The position numbers were made by a program, and so were the translations under genes. A stretch of DNA of 64,000 nt from Vicugna vicugna (lineage: Eukaryota). The notes under the pieces are model-generated. The model did not search any database, had not been told where the DNA came from, and was given only the letters and a program-made list of their open reading frames with translations. Below, in pieces: positions 13,650 through 26,966 of the stretch (position 1 is its first letter; every line of letters begins with the position of its first letter). The stretch lies in assembly GCA_013265495.1 (NCBI GenBank), contig MU058065.1:7006302-7070301 (forward strand). The letters run 5' to 3'.

Positions 13650-14575
13650 TGATATAATCTAATACCATAATTTCACCTACTTAAAGAATACAGTTCAGTG
13701 GGTTTTAGTATATTTAGGGTTTACAACATCCCCATAATCTAATCTTAGAATATTATCACCCCCTCAAAGAAACCTCCCACCCATTAGCAGTCACTCCCCA
13801 CATCCTTCCCCACCCTCAGCCCTAATCTACTTTCTATCTCTCTAGATTTGTCTGTTCTGCATATTTCATGAAAATGGGATTATACGGAATGTGGCCTTTT
13901 GTGGCCTTTCACTCAGCATAATGTTTTCAGGGTCCATCCATGTTGTAGTGTGTTGGTACTTGGTTTGTTTTGATTGCTGAACAGTATTCCATTACATGGC
14001 TTTACCACATTTTGTTTTTATATCTACTGCAGTGGATGAATATTTGCATCATTTCTACTCTTTGGCTAGTATGATGAATGCTGTGATGGGCATTCACGTA
14101 TGTTTTTGTATGGACTTATGTTTTCATTTCTATTGGGTTGATACCTAGGAGTGGAATTGCTGGGTCCTGTAGTAACTGTTTAATCGTCTGAGGAGCTGCC
14201 AGGCTGTTTTCCAAAGTGGCTGCAACCATCTTACATTCTTACCACCCAATGTAGGAGGATTACAATTTCTCTACATTCTCACCAACACTTGTAATTTTCT
14301 ATTTTGGAGGTTCTAGCCATCCTGGTGGGTATAAAGTGGTATTTTCTTGTGGTTTTGACTTTTATTTCCCTAGTAATTAATGATGCTGAACATCGTATCT
14401 TCTTTAGAGAAATGTCTGTTCACATCCATTGCACATTTTGAAAGTTGGTTGTTTTTCTTTCGGTCTTTTTATTAAGTTATGAGTTCTTCCTATATTCTGG
14501 GAGTAGGTCCTTTATCAGATATATGATTTGCAAATATTTTCTCCCTTTCTGTGGGTTGGCTTTTCACTCTCTCGT
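13650..14575 (-). mobile_element. L1M (L1MB-like) 3' end and ORF2 tail
   Basis: gatacctaggagtggaattgctgggtc, ttccaaagtggctgca, and a minus-strand EKIFANHISDKG peptide. Confidence 0.85.
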
Positions 14576-17164
14576 TGTCAGCCATCTCTCTGTGCAAGCC
14601 CTGCTTGGTGATCGCCTGCCTTACTCTTGGAATGTGGCGTTCATGTCCTGGGGTGTCTGTCACAACTAAGGCCTGAATACCTCTGTGTGAATACCAGGTT
14701 ATGAGCACTCTCATTTTATAGGTGAGGAAACTGAGGCCATCACAGAGAGGATAGGGACCTCATTCGAGGTAATACCCTCAGTAAATGGGGAAGGCAGGGT
14801 TTTGACAGGGGCGAGTAGGGGTCTGGAGCCAGTCAGAGATACTTCTTATCATTCTGTGATCTTGATCTAAAAGATTATTCATCCATAGCCTGAAATGCTT
14901 TAGGCTGCTTCATCTGAGCTCGTTCCTACTCTGGAACTGGTGCTGGATTGGCCTGGAAAACAGAGAAGACTGCAGCAAGAGGGGCTTGAGTTAGACACCT
15001 GGTAGAACTTCCTGACTGTGAGAGGGTGGACTAATGGGCAGGGAGGTTGTCCTCTTGGCCTTCTTAGGCAGAAGTGTTGAGAAACAAGGGAGACAGGTCT
15101 CAGTGTGGAGTGATCTACATAGAGATAGTGACAGAGGTAGGGATGGAATGACTTCTGGAGGAGGATCTTCTACTCCCCAAAGAGGGAGTCCTCTCTGGAC
15201 CTGCTGGCACAAGTCAGAGTGCTGAGAATTTAAATGTGGGGTCGGCCTGACCTTCAGGGTAAAGAAGATGACACCGCTGACCCAGCATCTGCCGGCCACC
15301 TGCTCAGTGCTGCTCCTGGCCGAGTGGGGTGGGGCTTGTCCTGATGCCCTTGGACCCTTAGCTGGCCCTGCTCTGTGGGGCAGCTGGCAGGCTTGGAGAG
15401 TAGTGTCTGCTCATGGAACATTCAGTAAATCAATACCCTCCCGACTGAATGTGCCTTTGGTCCTCCGTAATCTCTGCCATCGGGTGGAGGTTGGAAGGCT
15501 GGAGCCACACTCAGAGCGGGCGCAGAGCTCTTGGCCAGTGGCCTGAGCGGCACGTCTGCCCTCTTGCTGAGCTCAAATATCCAGCTTCAGGCCAGGGAAG
15601 AGGAGAACGCGCAGTCTTTCCCCCTGAACCAACCCCTCTGCCTCCTGCCAGACCTGTAGACAAATGCAAGTTAGTCGGACCCGGCAAGACCCCAAGAAAT
15701 GGACTCTAACCGTGTCCAAGAAAAGAAATGCAACCTCCTATTGATCAAAATTTTTTTTTTTGCTACCCAACTAAAGCTGCTTTTTACCCCTCATTTCCTT
15801 ACTTTCTCCCTTTCATCTTCCTTTCCTCCCTTCCTTTCCCCCTCCCTCCTTTCCCAATAGTTACAGATCATCTACTAGATGGTGGGCCCTGCCCGAGCTC
15901 TGTGCTGTAAAAAATGGTGCCTTGGAGTTGCCTGCAGACAAGAGCAGGGTGTGTGTGTGGCAGGATCAGTCAGGTACACCATCTGCGGTGACCCATGGCC
16001 AAATGGAGAAGGATGTTGGCCAAGAGCCATGCTTCTCAGGAGAGATGAAACTTCTGGGGATAGTGGTGATCAGAGGTGGATGGCTTTGCAGAGGGGCTGC
16101 CTTTATCCTGGGCCTGGGACAGTAGATGGCATTGAAAACAGAATTGTTTTTCACTAAAAGTGGCATAACAACATTGCTTAAAGTCTAGAAAGTTGAGGGA
16201 AAGAAAGCAATCAAATTGGCCTGGCCTTCCTCTCACCGCTGCCCCCATCCCATGGTGGGGTGGGTGGGGTGTTAGTGGAATTTGGGGGTTGGTGAAAGAG
16301 GGAATGTTGGAGAAGGTGGAGGTGAGAGTGAGGGGAGCACTGAGGAACTGGATTCACGGGGTCCAAGAGGAGAACAACCAGGAGATTAAGAGAAAAGACA
16401 GCACACAAAATCCTGCTGCAGGTAAGCCCCTGCAGCCCAGATCTGTTGCCCAGTGGATGTGGCTGAGTGATGGGCGCTAAATGAGAGCAGAGCTGGTGAG
16501 AGCTGTCTTTCTGGATTGTTCTGGAGTATTCCTTGATGGACCTGTTCAGGCCCTGGGTGTTCCTCCGTGCCTTTGGAGGCTGTGCCTGGCCCTCTTTCTC
16601 CTGGTCCAGGCCAGTTTGCCTGGGGCTGGCTCGTGAGTGCTCACTGAGGCTACTTTGCTTTTTGGCAAAGTTTAACTTCTCCACTATGGTGTTGGCTTTC
16701 AGGCCCATCTCTCCATCAGCCTTGAAGAGGCCCTACCTCTCTGGAGCTGGTCTGCATCTTGCCCACTCCTCCTGCCTACTAGCTGGTGTGCTTCTCTTCA
16801 GGCAACAGAGCCCGTTCCTTTCAGTCCGCTCCCCGAGGCCCTGCTTTCTGCCCAATAGAAAGTTCTGAGGCCATTTATGGGAGAGTTTTCAGTGGATCTG
16901 GGATCTGGAGGATGGTCTGTCCTTCCTTCTTTCCTGGTTCCCCTCCATCTACTTCCCCAGCTGCTCGTGGATGACTCATCTCCTGTACGTCTCTTTCTTT
17001 CTTCTGTATGCTCCGTTTCCTGCCAAGAGACCTTCTAAAATCCTGGCGAAGTCACTGAGCTCACACACCTTCAGTAATAGGCAGCTTCCTCTGAAGTTAA
17101 GAAGGACAGTGTCTTAGAGAAGCTCGGGAAAGGATGAAACCCAGGGCACCCTAGGGAGGCAGTA

Positions 17165-17800
17165 GAGGTGCCATGGTGGTTGAGAGCATGGGCTCTGGAC
17201 TCAGGCTGCCTGGGCTCAAGCCCCAGCGTTGCCTCTTAGCTTCTGTTGACCTTGGGCAAATCATTTAGTCTTCCTGAGCCTCAGTGTTCTCCCCTGTAAA
17301 ATGGGGACAAGGATATACCTTTTCTATAGGGCTGAACTCTTTTAGCTTTTGTTTATCTGTGAAGCTTTTGATTTCTCCATCAAATCTGAATGAGAGCCTT
17401 GCCAGATAGAGTATTCTTGCTTGTAAGTTTTTCCCTTTCATCGCTAAATATATCATGCCACCCTCTTCTAGCCTGTAGAGTTTCTGCTGAAAAATCAGCT
17501 GATAACCTTATGGGAGTTCCCTTGTATGTTATTTGTTGCCTTTCTCTTGCTAATTTTTAATATTTTCTCCTTATCCTTTATTTTTGTCAATTTGATTACT
17601 GTGTGCCTTGGTGTGTTCCTCTTTGGGTTGATCCTGTGTGGAGCTCTCTGTGCTTCCTGGACTTGGGTGACTGTTTCCTTTCCCAAGTTGGGGAAGTTTT
17701 TGGTTATTAGATAGGGCTGAGAATTAAATGAGGTAATGGATGGGTGCTCAGCTCTGTGTTGGTTACATAGAAAGACATCAGTTAACATTAGCTGTTACCG
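17165..17800 (+). mobile_element. MIR SINE split by an L1 fragment
   Basis: MIR 5' half (gagcatgggctctgga...cctgtaaaatgggg) ends at atagggctga and resumes at 17711 (atagggctgagaattaaatgag). Confidence 0.8.
17331..17710 (-). mobile_element. Internal LINE-1 ORF1 fragment
   Basis: Minus-strand ORF1p peptides NFPNLGKETVTQVQEAQRAPHRINPKRNTPRHTVIKLTKIKDKEKILK and LSFRFDGEIKSFTDKQKLKEFS. Confidence 0.92.
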
Positions 17801-18516
17801 ATACTGCCACCTGCCCTTGAGTGGTATTTTACACAGTGCTTCCCTGAGTGAGAGTCAGTTTACCTTTCAACCATCCCAGTTGTTGAACTGGACTTTGAAC
17901 CCCAGCCTCTGGCTGCAAGTCCTGTGTTCTTCCTACAGAAACTTTTCTCCTGGCATCATCCAAGTGCCAGGCTCCATTCCTATTGTGAACTGCTCCCTCT
18001 GCTCAGGGGTTGGAGGATTTGCAGAGGTCCCACAGATAGTTGGGGGCAGAGCAGGCCTCACTCCCAGGGTCTTTCCAGAGTCCTAACCTCCACAGATCCT
18101 GCCTCCCTGGCATCAATCATCAGTGCTGGCCAGGCTGTGGGCCCAGGTGACCCCTGGAGCACCCGGAAAGCTGCTTCTTTCTCTTCCACTTGAGAAAACG
18201 TATTGGGATGCAGGAGAACGAGAGTGCACGATTACTGGTGTAACCTTGAATCTGCTGTGCTGAAGAAGAAGAAGAAAAAAAGAGAAAAACAAATCATTTG
18301 TGTTCTTTGGTACATGGCCTGTCCTCAGTAACATCCATTTGTTCATTTGCCTTTTATTCAACAAATATTTATCGAGTGCCTGTTATGTGCCACTATTCTG
18401 GATGCTGAGGATATAATAGTGAATAAAACAAAGATCCTTGCCCTTGTCATGATTGTATCCCAGTGGGAGAAGACAGACAATATAAAAAAAATTTTTTTTT
18501 AAAGACATTGTAAGTG

Positions 18517-18841
18517 CATTTGACTCTTGAATGACACAGATCTGAACAGCGCAGGTCCACTTATACAGGGATTTTTTCCAATAAATATATGTCTGTATTT
18601 TCATTTTATGGCTCTTTAACTGTGAGGAAAAGTTTGTGTTCAATTAGAGATCACAATGTGTGGACTGAAAAGAACAAGGGTTTGAATCCTGATTTTATCC
18701 AAACTGTTTCAGCTTCCTGCCCTTGGGTGAATAATTTATTAATTCTTTTGTTTTTGAGGCAGAGAAAGCAGTATGTGGATTTTTGACTATGCAGGGGATT
18801 GGTGCCCCTAACCCGCCCGCATTATTCAAGGAGCAGCTGTA
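18517..18841. mobile_element. Tigger2/MER8-like non-autonomous DNA transposon within an L2
   Basis: Inverted ends ttgactcttgaa... and ...ttcaaggagcagctgta, plus gcgcaggtccacttatac motif. L2-like sequence on both sides (~18335-18480 and ~18845-19220). Confidence 0.7.
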
Positions 18842-19219
18842 AACGAGAGAGCATGTTAAAAGGTGATAAATACTCTAGGAGTAAAATAGAGCAGAGTGAG
18901 TGTTATTGGAAGTTGTTGTGGGACATCGAATGGTGAGCTGAAAGTTTTTAAAAAGCTGATCAGCCTAGGCCTCACTGAGAAAGGGACACATGAACAAAGA
19001 ATTGAAGAAGGTGAGGGAGTCAGCCAAGCAAAAACTGAGGAAGAGCAGGGGGAACAGCAAGTGCAAAGGTCCTGAGGCTGGAGCCCACCTGAGATGTTTG
19101 GGAAGCAGCCAAGGGGCCAGTGTGATTGCAGTGATGGTTGTAATAGGAGATGAGGTCAGATGAGATGGGGACCAGATCATTAGGGTCTAGTGGCCACTGT
19201 AAAGATTTGGCTTGTACAT

Positions 19220-19585
19220 GAGCTGTTTCACCTAACACTATAGTATGATGATCTTTTCATAATAGCATATAAAAAGCCTTCTCATTTTTTCAGCTGCATA
19301 ATATTCCACTGCATATAGGTACTGTGTTTTATTTAACTAGTATTTTATTTAACTGTATTTAAGTAACATGAACATCTGTGTTGTTTTCAATCTTCTGCTG
19401 TTTTCAGAAATGCTGCAGTGAGTAGCCTTTTCACTTGTACATAATACAGTTTCATTTATGCAAATCTGTCTGTAGGACAAATTTCTAGAAGTGAAATTGC
19501 TGGATGGAAGAAAATATGCATATATAATTTTGATAATGCCAAATTGGCCTCCGTGAGAGTTGAATTAATTGGCACTCCCAGACAG
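19220..19585 (-). mobile_element. Old L1M fragment
   Basis: ttctagaagtgaaattgctggatgg and ctgcataatattccact motifs. Confidence 0.6.
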
Positions 19586-22500
19586 CAGTTTGGTTAGGGA
19601 CTAGGAGGAAAATCTACCTCTCCCTTCTGTATACACCCTCCATGAGTCTATTAGGTACCCATTATGTCCTTTACTCATCATCCTCCTGTGAACTGAATAT
19701 CCTTGTTCCTATTTCACAGATGAGGAAACAGGCACAGAGAGGTTAAGTAGCCTCCCAGTGTTTACACAGCCAGGTAGATGTAGAGCTGGGATTCTGGCGG
19801 CTGCTGTTTCTCACCATAGCTTCATGAGGGCAGGAGTCTGAGGCACCCTGCCTCCTGTCCCTCTGCTACCCCGCCTCACCCCAGTGGGCACGTGAACCTA
19901 GCACTGCTGTGCTGGCATCCCGGAGACCCTTGCAGGCCAGTGGCATGATGGGAAGAGGCCAGCCTGAGGGGCCTGGAGTCACCCTAGCTGAACTGGCTAA
20001 CCCTGACTTCCCCTTCTGTCCCCTCCCATCATCGGCCCCATTGGTGAGACCTGGGAGGCTGTGATCTAGCTAATTCTGCTCTGGGGGGGGGCGGGGGGAG
20101 CTCCCTGCCGCCGTCTGCTGGGTCAGCTCACTCCAGAGACTGGGTTTCAGTGTTTCACTGATGAAAATAAATCCACCTCTTTATCTCCCTGCATGGCCCT
20201 TGGAACCTCTGCAGCCTGGTGTGTATTTCCAGACTTCCTGTAAGTCACCATTTCTGTCCTATCCCCCAGGGGCTCTGTGTCTGCTGCAGAAATAGCCTTG
20301 GACCAGTTTGGAGCCTGGAGCCACCCAGGCAAGACCAAGTAGGTGAGGAGAGTCAGGTCCGCATAATTCAAGAGCTCTGAGACCCTGACAGTGCCTGGTT
20401 GAGCATCTTCTCTGAGTTGGATCCCTGAGCATCTAGAGTTGGCTAGGAGTTCAGGGGTGACCCGGCTGTACTCTCCCATTGCACAGAGGAGTAAACTGAG
20501 ACCCATCCAAGCTCACTCCGTAGTCCTCTGGCCCTTTGACTCCCAGTTTGCTGTTGCTACCAGACAACACTTTCTCTGGATCTCTTTATTGTGCAGTGGC
20601 CAGTTAGGGGTTGGGAGGCAGAGCTGGAGAGAGTGGGTTTTAGCTTCAGCAGGTGGGGTGGAGGTCTGTCCTCAGGAGAGCCGTCTTGCCTCTGAGGGAT
20701 GTGAGAAAGGGGAGCTGGTGGCAAGACTGGGTTTTCTTGAGGTTCAGGCGAATCCTCCACCCACGCATCTGTCAGATCGGGTGAGTGACAGCTTCTAGGG
20801 AGCGAGAAGGCATCTTGTAGGGAGCTCTGACAAAGCTGCAGCAGGTTCTGTGTGCAGAGGGGACTCGTGAGCCTTGCCACACTCCCCTTTCTCCTGCCTC
20901 TCCCTTTCTCTGCTGAAGCATTATTTGCACCTGAAAGACTCTCCTGTAGTGGTGGAGGTGCCCTGCTCCAGATGTCGGACCTGCTTGCCTTCCCTCCCAC
21001 CCTCCAGGGCCAGGGCCTGGTCCACTCCAAGCTGGCTTACTCAGGCTGCAGGCGGGTTCTGGGAAGCAGTGCAGAACTGTCGGTGGGTGGGGGCCGGGAG
21101 CGGCTGACTGCCTTTCTCATCTGGGACCATGTCTTTACATCCTTACAGCCAGTCAATGCCCCTTGTGTTGTTTTGATTGCTCAAAAAACTGTTAGCAGCA
21201 AAGTGTTCTTTGATGTTTGTTCTTCGATATTTGTTCTCCTTCTCCAGGGGCAGTGAGATCAGATTTTGATATGAAAGCTCAAAGCTTCTCAGATCATTCC
21301 TTTTTCCTTCCTCCATCCCCTTCTGTCTGTATACTGCTTGAGAAACTTCGAGAACCAGGCAGGAACTCTTCATGCAACACAAGGATAGAAAGAGGGCTGG
21401 TGGTGGTGCCCTGGCTCCCATCTCCTTTCCAGGCTTGTACCCCATGGTGCTGTAGCTTCTGTGGGTAAGAAGGGTCACTTTCAGCTTGTCCTTTTGCAGC
21501 AGGGCCTTCCTGCTTCCGGCTCACATCTCCTCACTTGTGTGAGCTTGTCTACAAGTGCCTGGGAGACCCCCACAGAGGGGCCTACAAGAGCCTCCTTTTA
21601 CCCATGCACACAGAGGGTCTCATTTGGGAGAGGAAGCGGAGACCCACCCAGATCCTCCACCCATCCCCGTTCCATACCCACTCAAACACAGAACCACAGA
21701 GAGCCCTCTGCACACAACCACCACTCGTGCATAGGAGCCCACCCCACTGTACATCCCCACAGCAGTGAGGTGAGGGGAGCTGTCATGTAAAACACGGCCA
21801 GCCTGGTAATCAGTACTTCAGTGTGGTTTTTGATGGACTTGTTAAGTACCATGGACATGCGATAGACCCTAAGTGCAGAGATGGGCTCATTATGAACCAG
21901 CTCTGAGGCAGTTCCCTACAAGTTTACAGAAATGCTTTGAGCCCTGGCAACATCATTAGGATAAATGCTTAAAATTCCCGGGGACCTCTTTGGTGGGACA
22001 GCACCCACTTGGATGGTGGGGTTTGGGCCAGTTGTGATTTAATCATCTCTCTCCACTCCCTTCGTCCTACTGGATCCTCCAAGCTCTCATCCTCTGCCCT
22101 GTCCCTCTCCTTCCTCCTTCCTCTCGGGGAAGTAGAAAGAACTTGAACGTAAGAGTCAGATTGGCAGTGTGATCTTGAACAAGCCACAGCCTCTAAGCTC
22201 CAGCCTCTTTACCAGGAAGATGGATGCCCTACTTTGAAGGGCAGCGCGGAAGCAAGCGAGAGAACATCCATTAATGTGCAGGCACATAGTTAAAATGCGC
22301 CCACCCAGTTCTGTTGTGCTATCTCATCCTTCCTGCCTCCCCAAGCCCCAGGAACGTCCTTCCTCACTCTCCCGCCATCCCTCCCAAGTGAGGACTGCTA
22401 CCGAGATGATGTCCGTGCCCCGGAGGCAATCCGAGTCGGGAGAGGCGGGAGGGAGGTGAATGGATACGCCCAGACCCTTGTCCAACTCAGCCGTCTGCCT

Positions 22501-23077
22501 GGGAGTTGACGATTCCCTTCCTGCGTAATCCTCTGGCACTGAGCTTCCTGCCCTACTCTTGGGGAACCCGTTCCTGAGCCTGGCCCTGTCCGCTGCCGTC
22601 CTGAGGGGAGTGAAGACTCCGGAAGGCTGGGGCCATGCCAGGGCTGCCCAGAGCCTGCCCGCCCTGGGCTCTGGGTCGCCTGCCTTCTCTATGCTCTGGC
22701 CTGGAAGACAGGGAGGAGGTCCTGTGGGAGTTTGTGACTTGTTCCTATGCCACACCCTGAGCCGCACCCCACACAGACAGCCGCCTTTCCCTGGGGTCCT
22801 CCCTCTCCCCTGAGACCTTCACATCTCGATGCTTGGGACACCCAGGCCTCTCTCCTCCTCCTTGTGTTCTGCTTAGAATCAGAAGCTTTAGAGTTCAAAG
22901 CTCATCTTGCTTTTCTCTCTCATTTTACCACTTCGGAGATGGAAGCCTAGGAAAAGGAAATGACTTGGCCAAGGTCAAGTGTCGAGTTAGCAGCTTGGCT
23001 GGGATTGGGACCCAGGACTCCTTAATTGGGCCCGAGCTCTGTCTCTCACATCCCAAACTCCCTCTGCCCTCAGTCTG

Positions 23078-23283
23078 GCTCAGGGCTTCTAGGCTGGGGC
23101 ACCGCTGACATTGGATGCGAGCCTAGTATGGGGGCAGTCCTGTGTGTTACAGGATGTCTAGCCGCATCTCCACCCACTGGATGCCAACAGCATTTCTTCT
23201 ACACATGACAACCCCACATATTTCCAGACATTGTCGCATGTTCCCTGGGATGCCCCATGCCCTAGGGGAGGACCACTGGTCTA
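23078..23283. mobile_element. MER20 (hAT-Charlie)
   Basis: gcaccgctgacattgg...tccagacattg...gaggaccactg. Confidence 0.7.
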
Positions 23284-24546
23284 GCTGTCCCTTCAGCCCC
23301 TTGTCTCTGGGACTTCACTTCTCCCACTTGTAGGATGTGAAGTAGCCCTTCACTAGGGACACTCTTTTCTGCTTCCTGCTCCTGTTCTAGGACTGGGCTG
23401 CTTGGAAACCAAAACACTCAGCCATTTTGTTCCTTAAGAGAAAGAGCAAAAACCCAGGTCTGGAAAGATGCCATCCTTCCCTCCTTCCGGTCTTTGGTGT
23501 TGAAGCCATCTCTGGAGATGGGAGAGGCAGCGGCATTTTCGGGTATAATGTTGGCAATAACCGATGTTGGGACAGTCCCAGTGTTTGTTAATTGAACATC
23601 ACATCCTCAGCTGTTTCGTGAGACTCTTCTCTTTGCTGGACACTTGATGCCACGATTTTTGAGCAGAGAAAGGACAGGTCCTGAAGCTTAAGCAATGAGC
23701 GTGCTTCATCTGGGCCCAGTGAGATAGGGTCACCGAGGTGCTGTTCGGGGGGGGGTCGGGTAGGGAGGGAGGAGGAGAGGCAGATACTGTAGTGGTGGCG
23801 GTTGTATATGTGTGGCTGCCTCATTTAGAGCACCTGCGCATGCTGTGCTGAGTGCTTTACGCATATTATATTGGTATTGGTCTTTGCCATGCCCTCGGAG
23901 ATACCCGTTTTACAGATAAAGAAACTGAAGTTCAAAAAAATTAAGTAATTGGCCCAAGTTTACTCTAAGCTAGTAAATAGTAGTGTCTGGATTTAAACCA
24001 GTGTCTGCTTGAACTCTGTGCCCATGTTCTTAGCCCCCGTGTTCCTGGCAGATGCTGAAGTGACATGCATCACAAGGGCTGGGTACAACTTCAGGCTGCA
24101 TTATTAAAGACATGGTTTCCAGAAACTGGGAGATGTTAGTCCTGTGGTGCTCCTCATAGGTCAGAGAGCCCACATGGGTTGTCCCTTGCTTCAGAATGAT
24201 AAAAACCACTGGTAGCAAGTGCTCAGGTGGTGAAGAGAAGCGAAGGGAAGGTATGGTACGGCGGGCTCAGGGACTTCCGGTCCTGGCGTTGGGGGGGATT
24301 GCCTGTCAGAGAGACTCAGGAGGACAGTGTGCACCACGTTCAGGGTCTGAAGAGCTCTCGTGTGGCAGAGCTTCAGCTTGTCTGAGCCACCCCATTGGGC
24401 ACAACAAGAATAGTCAGTAGAAAAGGAAGGGAGCTAAAATCTACCTCTAATGATGAAATGGGCCTTTTGGGGGACAGTAAGATCCCGATAGCCGGAAACA
24501 GGTAAGTACAGCCAGGACTTTTTAATTTTTTTGCCAAACCTGGCTG

Positions 24547-24712
24547 CCTAGTGTTCTCAACTGGAGTGTATTTTACCATTCAGATTCCTGGGCCCCACCC
24601 CTCACAGTTTGGCCTCTGGAGGTCTGGGGTGGAGCCAGGGGATCAGGGTTTTTTATAAAACTCCCCAGAGGCTTCTGGTGCAGCCAGTCCCTGGGTGGAA
24701 GCAGAAAACTGC
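24547..24712. mobile_element. MER5A-like DNA transposon
   Basis: tagtgttctcaa...cagattcctgggccccaccc...ctccccag. Confidence 0.6.
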
Positions 24713-26589
24713 AGGACCGGGATGCTACTTACAGGGACTGCCGCGTGGTAGTGTTTCCAAAGTATGGCACATGGGCCAGACTGGCAATTATATATGCAAT
24801 GATTTTAGGGGTATTTATTTTAATGCACATTAAAAAAAAAGTATAGAGCTTTCACACCAAATCTGTGATATCATGGATATTGATGCTTGGAGCTACTTGA
24901 TGTTAAGTTTATTTTTAGAATTTTACAAAATCTTATAAAAATAATTAAATTGATGGGGTTCCTATGTGCAGATAAACATGAAGGTTGTATGCAAATAAAA
25001 TCTAGGTTAACACTGTCGTAGGCGTACAGGCAAGTGGGTGGACTGGTTGACCTTAACCCTTTCAAGAACCTGTGGTTTGTTGGTTCGTTCTAGAAGGCTC
25101 CATGGGGGTAGGAGGGTAATTATAGTAGTTTGTCCAAATTATGGTCTTACAACAATCCTGCACTGGGAGAATCGGAAGCCCTCCTGCGCCCAGTTTGGAG
25201 CCTGAGGCATGAAAACTCTCTTCTCCCTTCCCCATTCTTACTGGTTTCTGTGAAGTCTTCGACACTGGTCTGAGGGCCTCCGCCATCTCATCAGTTACGA
25301 TAGAGCAGGGTCTAGCGTACAGGGCAGCACACTTGTTCTTCCTCTCATTTTCCTCCTTTACTCTCAGAGAGAAGCAGCCGGTGATGCTGGCAGCGGGGAA
25401 GGGGCTGGGGGTGAGGTGTCTGCTCCCAAGAGGGAGAAGTAGGGGGCCTGCACCTGGCATGCCTCTCCCTCCCAAGCCTGCAGTGGCACCCCTGGCTGTG
25501 AGGGGTCTGGGCATCAGGGTGGGGTGGCTGCAGAAGCACTTTGGGGTTGCAGACTAACTGGGGCCTTGGCGGGGAGACCCAGGCCCTGAAGCCCCCGCTG
25601 GCCTGGATGCAAACCCCAGGCCGTCTCCTACCACCTGTGGGTGTTGGGTTGGGACATTCAATTGAAGTACAAGTAGAGGATGGAATTTGGTGTCTCGCTG
25701 GCACTTTTTAGGGCACACGAGGGGAATGGTGGGGACTTTTGGGGCAGCTCGTGTGGCTTTTGGCTTAGCGAGCCCTTTCAGACCTGGGTGTTTGAGGATG
25801 AGAGTGGCTGTCACCGACACTGAAAAGTTACTCTCTCTGCCATTCATGATTGCCACAGATGGGAACAAGCTGAATACCAACAGCCAGTCGACTGGAGGCT
25901 TCTCAGGGGGCCTGGTGGATCGGTATCCTGGGCCAGGCCCCTGCTGGCCTTCCCAGTGGGCCAGAATCTAAAGCTTTGCACTGAGAATCTCACTTTGGGG
26001 CTCCTGTCCCTCTTCCAGCAGCCTGCTTACCCAAATACCCCGTCCCTCTACTCAGGCTCTCTGGTTGCCTCTGAGAAACACAGGGACTTGGGTTTTTTCC
26101 CCCTTTTATAAGCCAGGGAAGTGTCTTGGCTCTTAGACTCTGTCCTGTGTGGGGGAAGGACGGGGAGACAGAGGAAAAAAAAAAGATTTCCACCTTATTG
26201 TTCAGCAGCTGGAAAATTGTTGTCATCTGTTCTGCCTTTCATTTGCTGAGAATGGGAAAAAAATGTGGAAAAGTTAGGGGAAATAAATCTCAGTACCCTC
26301 AGAGGAGCTCTCACCCTTCCCTCTTTCTCCCTCACATCCTAGCCACTTTGCTCCCATTTCTCCTCTGGTCCTGGGGCCATGATGCGTTTGGGGCCTGGGC
26401 TGGGCAGGGGCTCTTCTGAGGCTGTGCTGGGCTGCTCTGGGATGGGACTGGGCTGGGGCCCTTGCTGGGCTGGGATTGAGGTGGGGCTGCAACTGGGTTG
26501 GTGCTGGGGCTGGAGCTGGGCTGGGCTGGCCACTTCTCACTCCATGTGGAGGGCTTGGGAAGCCACTGTGATGTCATTCGAGAACTGCA

Positions 26590-26966
26590 TAGCTACAGGA
26601 TGATAAGTGAAGCTCTGGGGACCCAGCTGGCTGAAATTACAGACAGAGTTTTATCCCACTGGCTTCCTACAAGCCAGAGTGAAGCAGCGCTAGCAGAGCC
26701 GAGAGGGGGAGAGAGCGAGAGAGCGAGTGAGCGAGAGCCGGAGGGAGGGAGCGGTGTTTGTGTGTGTGTGTGTGTGTGTGTGGTGCACGGGCAGGCAGGA
26801 GGCACTTGCTCCTCCCACCCCTGACAGTCGGAGGGAGCCCGGGTAGGACACAGACAGCGCTGGGAGCTGCAGCCATGGAGAAATTATTTGAAACTTGAGG
26901 CACAAAGAGCAGAGAGCAAATCAGAGTGCTCCTTTTCCCTTCCCTTGCTCCCTCTCCGTCCAGAGG
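26590..26966 (+). promoter_or_regulatory. Candidate internal promoter and alternative first exon of TNS1
   Basis: TGATAA GATA site (~26601), GAGA/GAGC repeat with local CpG enrichment (26700-26750), (TG)12, strong-Kozak gccATGG at 26875, and consensus donor gtaagt at 26967. Confidence 0.55.
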
